Under the pieces are notes generated by a model that saw only the letters and a program-made list of their open reading frames with translations, had not been told where the DNA came from and did not search any database. From Camelus ferus (lineage: Eukaryota), in the NCBI RefSeq assembly GCF_009834535.1, contig NC_045696.1, forward strand, positions 52,268,001-52,332,000: a DNA stretch of 64,000 nt, written 5' to 3'. Positions within the stretch are counted from its first letter, which is position 1. Every line of letters begins with the position of its first letter. A program made the translations under genes and the position numbers. Positions 12,158-24,962 of the stretch are shown here, one piece after another.

Positions 12158-13099
12158 AGCTGGGGGAATTATTGAGGTTAGATTGGAGACAGATAGTTTC
12201 TTTTCTAACAATGTGGTTTATAGGCCCATTGAGTAAATTTTTTCCATTGTCCCCAACATGTTTAGTAAAGTGTCTTCTATAAGAACACAGTACATGTACT
12301 TCTTAGATGACTAAGCAAATCACTGATATTTCCCTGGAGCATAAAATTTCATTTATTTTAGGGTTACAATGTACTTTGATCAGAAATTGTTGATCTAGCA
12401 AATGAGTACTTCCAAAAGTATTTGAAGGGTAAGACTTCTTTTTTAATTTTGGAAAGAAAGACAACTAATTTCAGAAGCATTTACCATTATCCCAAGTATA
12501 ATTTTACCAAGTCCTTTTTCAGGCATCATTGTTGTTTTCATATTATGTGAGGCTGAACAGGAAAAAATGTCAGGATAGGTTAAGACTTCTTACAAGAACA
12601 TTCTTAAAAGATATTTTTATTGCCCAGATTGAAAAAGAAAATGAAAGGGGAGGAGTGAAAGTAAGGGTCATGTTGCCATGCTGGACAAAAGAAGAATTTC
12701 AGCCCTAGTATATGAGTAGAAAAGCAAAGTGGGATTAGTGGGTCAAAATGAGTAAGTGCCACACTAACTACTGACTTGGTCATTGGGGCCACCATCATAA
12801 AGTCAATTCTATGTAGCCTAATTAGATAGCAATTCTTAATCCTGGTCATCTGTTTTAAAACTGTATCCCATCAGTCCCAAGAAAAACTAGAAGAGATTGT
12901 AGATAAATCATAGTTTACTAATAGTAGGCCAGTTGTATGATCCTTATATGGGAAGAGATGCATCTCTAATTTCGATTACAGTCAACAAATATTTGTTTAA
13001 AATGAAAACAAAGCAATACATGTGAACTCCATCACTAAGAGTACTTTTATTAAGCCTTTTGCAGCATTGTAGACATCTATCCTTTAACATGCCTACCTT

Positions 13100-13240
13100 C
13101 TCCACTGGACTGAGGGAACTTCCCAGAATAGAGACTCTACTTACTAAGCTTTGTTGGCCTGACACCTCGTGGGACACCAGGACAGTGTTGAAGCTCAATT
13201 AAGTTTTCTTAAATAAATGAATAAATGACAACAAATGAAC
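13100..13240 (+). mobile_element. L2 3' end
   Basis: ccactggactgaggg...gctcaattaagttttcttaaataaatgaataaatga. Confidence 0.6.
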
Positions 13241-14809
13241 AAAGCAATGATATATGGGATTTATAAACCTTGGTTAATTAAAAACTCTAATAAATTTGAG
13301 TTGTAAGGATGATATAGACAACCTGTAAAAAGCATTTTAACATGTGTTAAATCACATATAAAACATAATCTTACTTTAAGATTTTGCAAAAAACAAAAAT
13401 GGTTATAGTAGACAAAAAAGTAATACCCTTCAACTTTTCTGTATGTCTGAAAATTTTCATAATAAACTGTTGAATAAAAAAGGTATTGCCCTGGAGCTAG
13501 CAGAATTTTAATTCACATCATCTCTGAGAAGAAAATTCATTTATCCATTATTTCTTTCATATCTACAATTAGTGTTCAAGTATGACTCTGAAATTGGCCT
13601 TAGAGTTCCTCATAGGAATGGAACCATCTCCTTTGAGAAAAATACCTTTGTAAGCTTGGGAAGGGTCAGAGAGTGGGACCTGAATAACTCTTCTTGTGCC
13701 ATTAAAGTGTGCTACAAAATAAATTGAGAACAATTTGAAGTAGAGGAGCATAGAAATGACAGGGGAGGAGAAAGAGAGAAGAATGACAGGAAAGAAAGAT
13801 GGGCAGTGAGAAATTCTCCAATGTCAAGGTGGCCACGGATGTTTTCTTTTTTTTTAGAATGATGCTTAATATTGAATTCTAAGAGGTTTGCATTTTTGCA
13901 ATGTAAATATTCTTCTTCTCTCCAAATCTGGAAAGCTTGATGTATTCAACAGCCTTATTAAATAGCATAATAAATAATAAAAGGATGAAAAAATTAAAGT
14001 ACTGCCACACACTCACTCCTATGCTGTAGCCTTTGGAAACACAGAAGCTTCTTAATGGGAGAGAAAATACTCCAGGAGTTCTAAGGAGAGACCAGCAGCA
14101 CTGTGAATAGTGGCCAGTAACTGGTGAATAGTGAATAGTGAAAAGTCAAAAGTATCTTTAACACAGAATGACTCAGATACGAATATGAGTCAATCACCTT
14201 TTCCCTACAAATACACAGGAGAAATATGGCCATGTGGAGAAGAGGCACAGAGATTAATGTCTGAATTACAAGATTATTATGATTATTATTGTTGCTGTTA
14301 CTACCTCTATAAACTGATCTTAACTGACATGAATATCTTCAGAAATTTAGGAGAGGAAAGTACTTTTGTGACACAATCAATAAATTTTGAATCAAAGAAT
14401 TAAAAAACATAAAAATGTCATTCTCAATAATACTTCTCTGGCTCTAGAAAAATGTATTAGACAAACATGCCATATTAACTCTTCCAGCTGCCTGCTCAAC
14501 CCTCTCTCCTTAACAATCTAGAACAGTGCTAGCAATAGTTTTAGTTTCAACATTTTACATAAAAATGTATTCATATGTACAGAGTATATAAAGCACAAGG
14601 GAAAAGAAACAGAAACTACAGAGTGGATTCTACAGGGAAAGTAAAAGTTGCGTAGAAGATATGAAAGAGGCATCATAATTGTAATAGATGTTATTTGTGC
14701 AGCAGGTTGGTGAGATCCCTGCTGTCCTAACTGGTGACTCTATATGCAGAAATTCAGTCTCCATATTCTTCTAATCTACAAAAGTTGCTATTAGTATAGA
14801 TGCATTCTT

Positions 14810-14990
14810 ATAATAAAAGTTATCACTACTAGAATGTGTCAGGAACTATGCTTAGTGCTGCATACACTAACTCATTTAATCCTCCCAGCAGCATTATAAG
14901 TAACATTAATGTTTTCATTTATATATGAGGAAACTGACACCCTAAGTCTTGTAGCTAATGAGTGGTAGAAGTCAGGCCTAAACTCAATCC
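14810..14990 (-). mobile_element. MIR
   Basis: atgtgtcaggaactatgct...ctcatttaatcctc...atgaggaaactga. Confidence 0.8.
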
Positions 14991-16669
14991 AAATGGAGTT
15001 TGTAAGTAATAAAGGAAGGGGCTTGACAGAACTGCTCTCAAAATTTTCTAGAATAATAAACTGCTGAGATTGAGAAGTTTTGGGAAAAGACTAATGATGA
15101 GAAACAAGTTTGAGAGCATATGTATTCCCCAGATAATTTCAATATGTATTTTACATACATCTGAGAAACAGTCTCAAAATTTAAAGAAAGGTTAGTAAAG
15201 AAAAGTAGGATACAAATAAATAAATTTCAAAAGTGATGAAAGAATCATACCATGAAACAGTTTGATTAGAGAGTTGGAAACATTAATAACAATCTGTCTA
15301 GTAATATTGAAGCCAGTTATTAATAATAGAGTCAGCATGATAACAGCCTGCTAACTCCTCTGAGGCAACAGGCCACAAGGACAACTCAAAATGGGTAAAA
15401 ATGATATCTTTTATTTTTAAGAAAGCTCATTTAACCCTGATAAGTTATAGGATTTACAACCATAACCTTTTAAACCTATAAGGTCATATTAAGTTTTTGG
15501 ACAATATCTACATAAAATCTCAATCTTCTTCATTTCTATCAATAACAAATATAGGAAAACCTCATTAATCAGAGTATATACATTCAGCATGTATAATGTG
15601 TCAGGTCTGTTTTATGGAATTCTTGTGAAATAGAAATTTTGAAATAAATTATATTACATTAAATTTTGTTTTAATAATCATATTGAGTATTTCAAAATTA
15701 TCAAAACAAATTCTACTTCATGTTGAATATCCATAAATTCAGGCTTATAACTAAATTAAAGGAGATGTCCTACTCTATTTCAAACTGATGACATTTCACC
15801 ATTTATAATGCAATAACTAAACCTTCCATAACGCAAATAATACTCCCAACATAATTTAAACCTATGTAGACTATGAACATAAAATGAGTGTCTCATTAGG
15901 AAATAGTTTTATTAGTAATCAATAGGAAAAGAACACTACCCATAATTAAATCTGTATTAATTATAAAAAGGGCTATGAAAGAAATAAATCATTGTGGATT
16001 TCATTTTAGAAATTTAATGGTCTAGGACTCCAATACACACTTCTTATGATGTCATATCTAAAAGTCTGTAATTGAAATAAACTGCAAACCATTCTAAGAT
16101 AATATTTGAATAAAATTCACGTGGTTTTTGCCTAAAATAAACTTCCCCTCCTATATTCCTTTTACCAATAAATACATTTAATTCAATATGCCACTCAATA
16201 ATTAATTTGTGCTTCACACAGCAGTTTAACTACTTACAATATATTTTTACAATAAAATAATAGATACTATAAAATATTATATATTATAAAATAAAATATT
16301 AGATATTATGAATTTTAAAAATTCTGAAGTTTTCCAGGTGCTAAATTTCACTATACTATTATTTTAAAAGTTAAATTAATAAGTGTATACAAATAAATCA
16401 TAAATCAGAGCAGATTTTAGGCAGTGGTAAATGATGTGCGAAGTATTCATAGCTGGTAAGGCATGGGCATAGACCAATAAGAAATGTTGCTGTAACTGCT
16501 ACTCAAAACAGACACTGGCTATAAATAAGTGATATACTGCCATTGTATGCTTCCTGAATAACAGCCCTAGGTTTAGATAACACACCAGGATCCATCTTCT
16601 AAAACAAATTAATAAAATTTGAAGGAAGATGCAGTTTTACTACCGAGCTATTACCCCTATACTCTAGAC

Positions 16670-19550
16670 CAATGGATTCTCCAGTTTTTAAAAATTATAT
16701 ACCCCATCAGTAAGAAATAATTTGAATTCTATGTAGATCATTAGTTGGTTCTCAACTCCATTCTCATCTTTTTCATGCTCTCTTCTGTGGTGGAACCTGA
16801 AAACTGTATTTCCTAGATTGTTTTGCCAGGATGGAAGCACTGGAAGAAGATCAGAGAGAGAATTTTATTTCCTTCTGCTTTTGGCACTAGCCATCTCAGC
16901 AATGGTGCTTCAACAGTCTCTGGAGCACAGAGCTCTTGGGATCTGGCTCTCAGCGCTGCTGATCATAGTGATAGTACTACAGTTGCAGAACAGCAGCAGC
17001 CATCACAGGTGACTGACTGGAAGCTCTAACAGCCTTGGCAAGTACAACAGCGCTGGAGGAACTGTGCAACCTAAGCTCTTGCTTGGTCAGTAGAAGTGTG
17101 GTTACCTGGCTTCCTGCAAAGTGGTGGCAGTGGCAATTCCTACATTTACAGCCACAAAAGTGCTCCAGCTGCCTCAGCAGCACAGTGCTTATAAGCTCTG
17201 AGTAACATAACTTTCCCCTGCTTTCTAGGGGTACTCATTGGTAAATAACACAGCCGCCTTCTTTTCCTTCCACCAGACTTTCCATCACTTCTGTAACCAA
17301 TTCCCTGAATTAAAGTCACTCTGTTTTAAGTCATTTCTGTTTTTCTGACTGGGAACCAATTAAATATAAGCCCGTACTCCAATATATATAAGTATTTATA
17401 AATTATAGATTACTATATTATATGTATTATAGAACATATGAATTAATAGGCATTTTAAAGGATGAAATAAATAAGAAATAAATAATATTTTTAAATAACT
17501 TAATTTTGTTGGATTTAGCAACAATTTTTAAACATTTATGATCTCACTAAAAAAATTTTTTTTAAACAGAGTAATTTGATTAAATATTTATCATTCCTTA
17601 TGTTTTGACTTTGTTTTACACTTCGTGAAGTAGTCATTTGAAAATGTGGTACTATGTTCAGGTTATTGTGATATTTAGCTCTAATGGTTGTCATGATGGG
17701 GGAAAAGCATCAGAAAATAGTAGATCAAAATGGAAGAAGAGCATCACTAGCTGTGCTTATTAAATCAGAATACTCAATTTTCAATTTCAACCACCAATTG
17801 TGTAAAAGATTTTTTTGAAAGTTAGCTGGTAAATTTCCATCTTACCAGATGTCAATCAGTCATTCTTATAAACTAAGAGGTACATGAAGCATTTTTATTT
17901 TTTAACAAAAGAATTTTTTAAATCTACTTAAAGATTTCATTTGGAAGATTTTAAAACAAGTTATAAAATTATGTTCCAGGTTTCAAAAAACTATTCAGAC
18001 ACAGTTTTTAAGTTATACAGAAACTGGAGTTTTACAATTACATTGGTTTTGGCAACAAAATCACATTATAATGAAAATAATAACATTCAGTATGAAAGTG
18101 TTCTCTCCATACTATGGATCTTTAAAAAAGCAGACACCTTCTCACTCATTGTTAATATAATTACTTTAAAAAAAAAAGAGAGATCAGTATGTTTCTTTTT
18201 TTCCCAAAAATATATGTTGGAGAACATAGTACTGTCAGCCACCTGTCATCACAGAAAATGTCAGCAAAATTAGAACTCTTGTCATCCAATAAAAGAAAAA
18301 TGTATAACTGCCATAAATTTCATATAGCTTCTCAATAATCTACCACTGAATAACCAGTGAACCTCAAGTGATACAAACAGTATTCATGGCAACTCTCCAT
18401 CTTACTACAGAGTATCGTAAAGATTCCACTAAAATTTTAAGAATCTTCCATATTTGATTCTATTGCATTTTAAAGATTTTATTGAAAAAAAAAACAAATT
18501 AATCACATCAACGACATCCTTACAGCACTTGTGTATCCTTTGACTTTAGTTGATTTGCTAAAATAGCTTGCTTATAAATGATGAGTGAATGAATTTCATG
18601 TCTAGAAGTAGCTCTGTCATCTTACCCAGAAATCTTTTTCCATTGCAACCACACCAACACTACAAAATTATGTTAAAATAGTTATTTCAGAATGCATAAC
18701 TTAGAGAGTATTTTGACACCTAGTAGGTATCTTTGCTAACAATCTTTTAGAGATTCATAAGAATGTAGTTCTTTGTATTACTGAAATTGAACCTAACAAC
18801 TACCATTGGTTGAAATATTAGAAATATTGATACTTTCATTACCATACAGTAAAACTTTCACACTATACAGTTTATTCAAATACTTATTTCTTCAAATCTT
18901 CAGCAATGTATTCTATGCATCTTCTAACAGCATTTGCTGACAAATGTGATATAGTTGTCATATTATTTTTCATGCATTATTTCAGTCATTTTTCTCAAGG
19001 CAAGCCATACACTAAGGGTGAAGTTCATCCTTACTGAGAGTGAATATAAATCCATATTTTAAATAGTCTTTGCAATAATTATTTTTGGTTGACTTATTAT
19101 CAAACATGATTAAATCATCATTTAAATTATTTTTATGAAATAGCTGACAATGAATTCATAAAATGTATTAAAGATATTCTTGTTCAAATGTGTTCAATTA
19201 TTAGTAGCATATTTATTCTGCTTTTTTTCAGAGTTGGTTTGTTTCATAAGAGTTGATTTATTTAACATTAGATAATGTAATCTGTGACTCCGCATAACAA
19301 GGCACAGACAAAATTCAGTACCCCCAAATCTTAAAGCAAATCAACTCCCACTCTCCACTCAGGTTGCTTTGTATAGCTTAACAATGCATGAAAATGATAC
19401 TTTGACATTGCCAGCAACAATCTACATATAAGACTAGTAAACTTTAATTTCTTAGATTTTTAAAGTGAAAATAGACATAAAAGTTTTGATATCTTCTCAA
19501 ATATTTATTGTATTTCCTAGAGTGCATGCACACTATTTTTGAGACCACTG
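16670..19550 (-). mobile_element. hAT-Charlie DNA transposon fossil (Charlie7-like, tentative) with decayed transposase, interrupted by an LTR
   Basis: The ends resemble the Charlie TIR: caatggattctc at 16670 after CTCTAGAC, and ttgagaccactg at 19550. With frameshifts allowed, the minus strand gives MKFIH-IIYKQAILA (~18560-18600), IFTILCSKMESCHEYCLYH-EVHWLFSGRLL (~18330-18425) and ISTASDALLPF*ST (17719-17760). These match the Charlie/Buster motifs HCIIHRQALAA, LCEEMGSEH..YHTEVRWLSRG and LLPFGSTYLCE. Confidence 0.82.
16732..17368 (+). mobile_element. ERVL solo LTR (LTR41-like) nested in the Charlie element
   Basis: Starts tgtagatcattagttggttctcaactcc and ends ctgtaaccaattccctgaattaaagtcactctgtttt...tttctgtttttctgactggg, typical of the LTR41/LTR33 group. 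Confidence 0.7.
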
Positions 19551-19559
19551 TACAACAGC

Positions 19560-19800
19560 ATGGGCCACTGAATTAGATTTGAATAATACTTACTATGCAT
19601 TCTCAAGCAAGTTACTTTTCCATGTCTCATATACCTCATCTATAAAATGAGAATAAGAATAGCCATTTCACAAAGTGGTTTTGATAATTATGTAGACTGA
19701 TAGTAACAGATAATTTGTTGAGAACCCACAAAGTGCAAGGTATCCTTCAAAGCACATTGAATATATTAATTTTTAAGTACAGTATCTACACATTATGAAC
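19560..19800 (+). mobile_element. MIR, degraded
   Basis: gcaagttactttt...cctcatctataaaatgagaataagaatag. Confidence 0.65.
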
Positions 19801-19919
19801 ACTTGATAAAAAAAAGTTTTCTTCCCTAGGAAAGAACAAAATTAATTGTACAAAATCAGAAATATTTATTAGCACAGATAGAATTGGGTGTCTACATGCT
19901 TATATAGTCCACAAAATTT

Positions 19920-20035
19920 CAAGGTTCCTAGAAGCAAAGTTATGTTGTAGCCATCCCTGTATCTTAATAGTGCAAAGTACAATGCTTTGAATGTATTAAG
20001 TGTTCAATAATTAGATAAATGTTGTTGAATGAATG
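19920..20035 (+). mobile_element. L2 3' end
   Basis: gtgttcaataa...aaatgttgttgaatgaatg tail. Confidence 0.65.
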
Positions 20036-20429
20036 TATATAGGGTACTACCATCACGTGCTGTTTATTGTTTATAAAAATTCTGGCAACTCCATTTTTGA
20101 TAGGAATGATTAATTAACTGCACAAGCACTGCAAAACATGCTATTGTTTTTATACATACTTCATTATACTTTTGCGGGAAGGTTAACACTCTCCAGAGCT
20201 TTTGAAAATACAGTAACTCTTAATTATTTGTACTAACAGATGGAAGGTAAGGTATAGAAAATCGAAAAACAATTTCTGTTTAGATTTGGAAATGTGTTTC
20301 CATATTTACATTTGATATGCCTAATGTCCTAAAAAAGAAAATGCACTTCTAACAAAAAAGCTGCACTATGAAAAGCTGACTTAGAAGGAAGTTGAGTGTG
20401 ATCTTTCCCCTTTATTTAAGTCATCTGTG

Positions 20430-20819
20430 TATCCTCTACACCACTTTTATTACTCAAACTACATAGAACCTGCCTTTCCTAGATGACCCCATGCTCTGAG
20501 GTTGCAGCCTCTTGCCTCTCACCTCTTAACTCTTGCCTCTGGCCTCTCACCTCTTGCCTCTGGCCTCTCACCTGCCTCTGGAGATGGCCCACATTCTGCC
20601 TATGGAATGTTTATCTCTTAAGCCTCTGGCTCTCTCTCACCTTTAGAGACTGCCCGCAGTCTGTCTATGGACTGTGTATGTACTTTTACTTTAACTAACC
20701 ACACCACCTCCCTGGCCCCAGGCCCTCTCTGGCTTTCTGAGAAGCCTACACTCTAGACATCTATGGAGTGTGTATCTCACTCTGAATAAATCTACCTTCA
20801 TTCTAAAAAAAAAAAAAAA
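20430..20819 (+). mobile_element. Polyadenylated ERV1-type LTR fragment, probably retroposed (5' boundary uncertain)
   Basis: Contains the LTR-like motif cccacattctgcctatggaatgt...ctatggagtgtgtatctcactctg, then AATAAA (20785-20790), 14 nt, and A15 (20805-20819). Also has internal tandem repeats. Confidence 0.6.
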
Positions 20820-20959
20820 TCATTTTGAAATATTTAGAGAAAGTAAAAGGAGGAATAATAAATATAAAGCATCATTGTATCTTAATGAGAACCTGAAAGA
20901 TTAGCTTTTCATGTTACTTTTAATTATCCATGGATGGTACACTGCATCTCGAAGTGTAC

Positions 20960-21150
20960 AGGAAGCACAGTGTTTTGGTAGAAAGAACATGGGCTTTAAA
21001 GTCAAACAAGCCTGGATTTGAATCAAGCAACCACATTCACTAGATGTAAAAACCCAGTTACTCATTTTCCAAGATTTCAGTTTCCTCAATAGGAAAAATT
21101 GGGCAAAACTATTCAATGAGAACAAATATAAAGTGTTCGACCCAAGCAAA
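20960..21150 (+). mobile_element. MIR
   Basis: ggtagaaagaacatgggctttaaagtcaaacaagcctggatttgaatc...tcagtttcctca. Confidence 0.8.
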
Positions 21151-21269
21151 AATCATTAAATGATAATCTGTTTCCTCCTTTCATTCCTAAACCAAGAATT
21201 TCTCAACTTTTTTGCATTTTAGATCTCTTCTAGCTAGTAATGATTCACATCAACAATTTATATTTTGCC

Positions 21270-21450
21270 CATCACATAACAACTTAAAAACTTTCTTCAC
21301 ATTACTGAATTTAATCCTTACTGCCACCCTACGAAGTAATTTGACGTCATCCTAATTTTTCACAGAAATAAACTGAGCTTCAGAAAGAGTAAATAATTTG
21401 TACAAGATCTTGCAAGAAGTACAGTTACAAAACTGAACTTACACCTACCA
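21270..21450 (-). mobile_element. MIR
   Basis: tttaatccttactgccaccctacgaagta...aaactgagcttcagaaagagtaaataatttg. Confidence 0.7.
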
Positions 21451-21889
21451 TTCAATCAAGCCTGGTTCCCCAGCTACTGAAAAAAAAACGTCTGAGCCAG
21501 AACTAACACAGAATGTTTTACACTAAGAAAGTGATATATTTAATGATTACAAATATTATTAAACTATTTACCTAGGCTCAAAGTGAAGTATTTATGAAAA
21601 TGAAGGACATATTCACATTATTATCACTAGTGATTCTAGAATCTGAGAATTTGGTTAGTGAAGCCAAATACTTTCATAATACAGTCCAAGAAAATAGCTT
21701 TCTATGAAAAAAAAAAACACTGAATTAAAGAAGATATGCTTATATAAAAACTTGTAATAGCTAGTATGACCGTTCAAGGTGGGTAATGACTTTTAAATAA
21801 AATTTAGAGTATAGTTTTATACCTTTTAGTAATATACTAAATTTCCTCAGTAATCAATTTATTTCTTCCTAAATGATACTACAAGATTA

Positions 21890-22172
21890 ATATGTTCTGG
21901 GGAGCTAATATACAGCATGGTGATTATAGTTAATAATACTGTATTGTATACTTGTAATTTACTAAGAGAGTAAATCTTAAGTGTTACCACAAAGGAAAAA
22001 AAAAGTAACTATGTAAGGGGATAGATATGTTAATTAACTTGGTTATGGTAATCATTTTACAATGTATACATATATTAAATTATCATGTTGTATACCTTAA
22101 AAAATCATGTTGTACAAGCTAAATATATTCAGTTTTTATTTGTCAATCATACTTCAGTAAAGCTGGGAAAAA
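21890..22172 (+). mobile_element. L1MA9/L1MA10-like 3' end
   Basis: ctaatatacagcatggtgattatagttaataatactgtattgtatact...tgtcaatcatacttcagtaaagctgggaaaaa. Confidence 0.85.
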
Positions 22173-22529
22173 ATGTTAATAAAAAGTGCACATAATCTTA
22201 AAAAAAGCAGTTGTCTCTGAGTACTGAAATCACTTTGTTTCTGGATACTTTTTTGTATTTTCAATACTTTCTATATAATACATAAATTATTTTTGTACTT
22301 ATAAAATATCTTAATAAAATAATTATTAATAAAAAATAATTTCATAAAAATAGGTATGTCTAAAATATTGGGTGGTGCATTAAAATAAGATCATCATTTC
22401 ATCTAACCAATTCTGAAAGAAGAGCTGATTAATAACGTCAATGACTACAAGACTCTCGAGATCACACTTAAAGAATCATTTCTTTGAGCCCTTAGCCTGT
22501 CTTGTATCTGTTTCTTACTAATTAGGAAG

Positions 22530-22985
22530 AAATAGAGCATAAAAGTTAAAATTACATGGGTACTAATTTGACTGCTCAAGTTCAAATAAATCTTGGCCCT
22601 CCTACTTTAGACAAATCCCTTAATATCATTAAACCTTTTGTCCTCTTCTTAAAAATGGGCAAATAAAAGCACCTAAAGCACAAGAGTTTTTGTGCTGATT
22701 AAAATGAGCTAATCCAAGTGTTGGTAATAACTAGCATTTCTCAAGTATTTTACCATATGACAGACACAATGTTAAACATTTTACTTATATTATCTCATTT
22801 AATCATCACAAAGCCCTATATACTATTATTAAATTTTTTACAAACGAGAATCATGGAGTCCAAGGTCCCACAAGTAGTCCACCAGAACTAGGATTTAAAC
22901 CCAGCAGACTAATTCTAGAGTACAAACTTTCAAATGCCAAACTCAATAAGGTCAGGCACATAGCAAGCATTTAATAAATCTTAGC
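22530..22985. mobile_element. MIR (+) interrupted by a second MIR (-, ~22725-22945)
   Basis: The plus-strand MIR runs to taaaatgagctaatc, a reverse MIR follows, and the plus-strand tail ggcacatagcaagcatttaataaatcttagc then resumes. Confidence 0.65.
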
Positions 22986-23261
22986 TTGTGTTTCTGTGCT
23001 TATTTCTACTTTACCTAAGTGTCAACCTCTTATTTAACAGTTCTAAATTGAATGAAGTAGTTCTCAAATATTTCAATTTCTTGATTTGTTGCTTTTATTT
23101 TACTCAAAATCATCATTCTGAAAGAGATTACTGAGGGAGAGAGAGAGGGAGAAAAGGGGGTGGAGTGAGAGAGAGAGCCACTACATTGTCAATTACTTAT
23201 TTACAGTTACTAATAAGGATCGGATTTGTATATGGCATTTAATTAATAAAATTCAATAGGA

Positions 23262-24962
23262 TAGGCTTCCAGTTTCTGGTTCCACACATAAGGAGCTTGG
23301 AAGTTGCCATTTTCTCCTAAAAAGTAAAAAGCTCAACAGACTGAAAAATCATTGATTCTTCTTAGATCCATAAGATTGGAGAGACAGGTGAATACAAGGA
23401 GTCACCGTTTTCTGGAACAGAGACTCATGAGCAGATATTGTCACAGAAAGCACTGCCAGGGTAAGAAAACCTGGACTGTAATCGACCAATTGCTAGAGAC
23501 TTACTGTGAACAATTCTGAGTTAAAAAATCCCAGGGGTCCAGTCATAAGGAGGTCCCCACAATAAGCCAATAATCTGGACTCCGTTAAAATTAAAATTAA
23601 AAACTTCTGCTTTGAAAAAGACAGTGTCAAGAGAAAATATTTGCAAAAGATACACCAGATTAAGGACTGTTACCCAAAATATACAAAGAACTCTTAAAAC
23701 TTAACAATAAGAATATAAACAACCCAATTAAAAAATAGGCCAAAGAACTTAACAAATACCTTACCAAAGTAGATACATAGATGGCAGATAAGCATATGAA
23801 AAGATGCTCCATATTATATGTCTTCAGAGAAATGCAAATTAAGACTACCAGATGCCACTACACACCTGTTAGAAGGGCCAAAATCCAGAACACTAACAAC
23901 ATCAAATGCTAGCAAGGGATGTGGAAAAACAGGAACTCACGTATTGCTGGTGATAATGCAAAATGGTAGAGCTACTTTGGAAGATAATTTGGTGGTTTCT
24001 TACAAAATTAAACATACTCTTTACCATACAATCTAGCAATCATGCTCTTTGGTTTTCACCCAAAGAAGCTGAAAACTTATGTCAACAAAAAAAACCTGCA
24101 CACAGATGTTTACAGTAACTTTATTCATAATTGCCAAAACTTGGAAATAACCAAGATGTCCTTCAGTAGGGGAATGGATAAATAACTATGATATATCCAG
24201 ACAATGGAACATTATTCTGTGCTAGAAAGAAGTAAGTTATCGAGCCATGGAAAGACATGGAGGAATCTTAAATACGTATTAATAAGTGAAAGAAGCCAAT
24301 CTGAAAAGGTTACATACTGTATGATTTCAACTATACAATACTCTGAAAAAGACAAAAGTATGGAGACAGTAAAAAAATCAATGGTTGCCAGCAAAGGTAA
24401 AGAGGTTAAGGAGATGAAAGGCAGAGCACAGAGGATTTTTAGGGCAGTGAAAATACTCTGTATAATATTGTAATGATGGGTAGATGACATTGTACATTTG
24501 TCCAAACCTGTAAAATATACAACCCCAAAAGTGAATCCTAAAGTAAAAAATGGACTTTGGGTGATTATGATGTGTCAACGTAGGTTCATCTTTGGTAAAA
24601 AAATGCACTATTCTGGTGAGTGATATTAGTAATGGAGGAGGGTATATGGGAACTCTCTATACCTTCCTCTCAATTTTATTGTAAATTTAAAACTCCTCTA
24701 AAACTATGAAGTCTTTAAATGTAATGTGGTATCCTGGAAAGGATCTTGGAATAGGAAAAAGCATTAGGTAAAAACTAAGGAAATCTGAGTAAACCATGTG
24801 TTTTAGTTAATAATAATATGTTAATACTGGTTCATTAATTCCATACTAATACAAAAAAAAATGAGTATGGGATATATGAGAACTTTCCATAAGTTCTCCA
24901 TTTTTCTGTAAATCTAAAATTGTTTTTAAAATATAACATCTATTTGAAAAAAATTCAATTAA
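23262..24962 (+). mobile_element. L1MC1/L1MC2-like LINE, internally deleted (5'UTR joined to ORF2 end and 3'UTR), with TSD
   Basis: L1M 5'UTR-like start ggcttccagtttctggttccac; ORF2 C-terminal sequence from ~23570; L1MC 3'UTR (gcagagcacagaggatttttagggcagtgaaaatactctg). Flanking repeats aaaattcaatagga (23248-23261) and aaaagtcaatagga (24963-24976). Confidence 0.85.

Noticed and set aside
17941..18273. 110-aa plus-strand ORF
   Set aside because: It is antisense to the Charlie transposase fossil, starts at a non-ATG codon, and has no recognisable homology.
20505..20780. Spaced repeats as a CRISPR-like array
   Set aside because: The context is mammalian, the units are degenerate and irregularly spaced, and the sequence is explained as LTR-derived.
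23818..24608. ORFs within the L1MC element
   Set aside because: They are decayed L1 ORF2 and 3'UTR pieces, not a gene.
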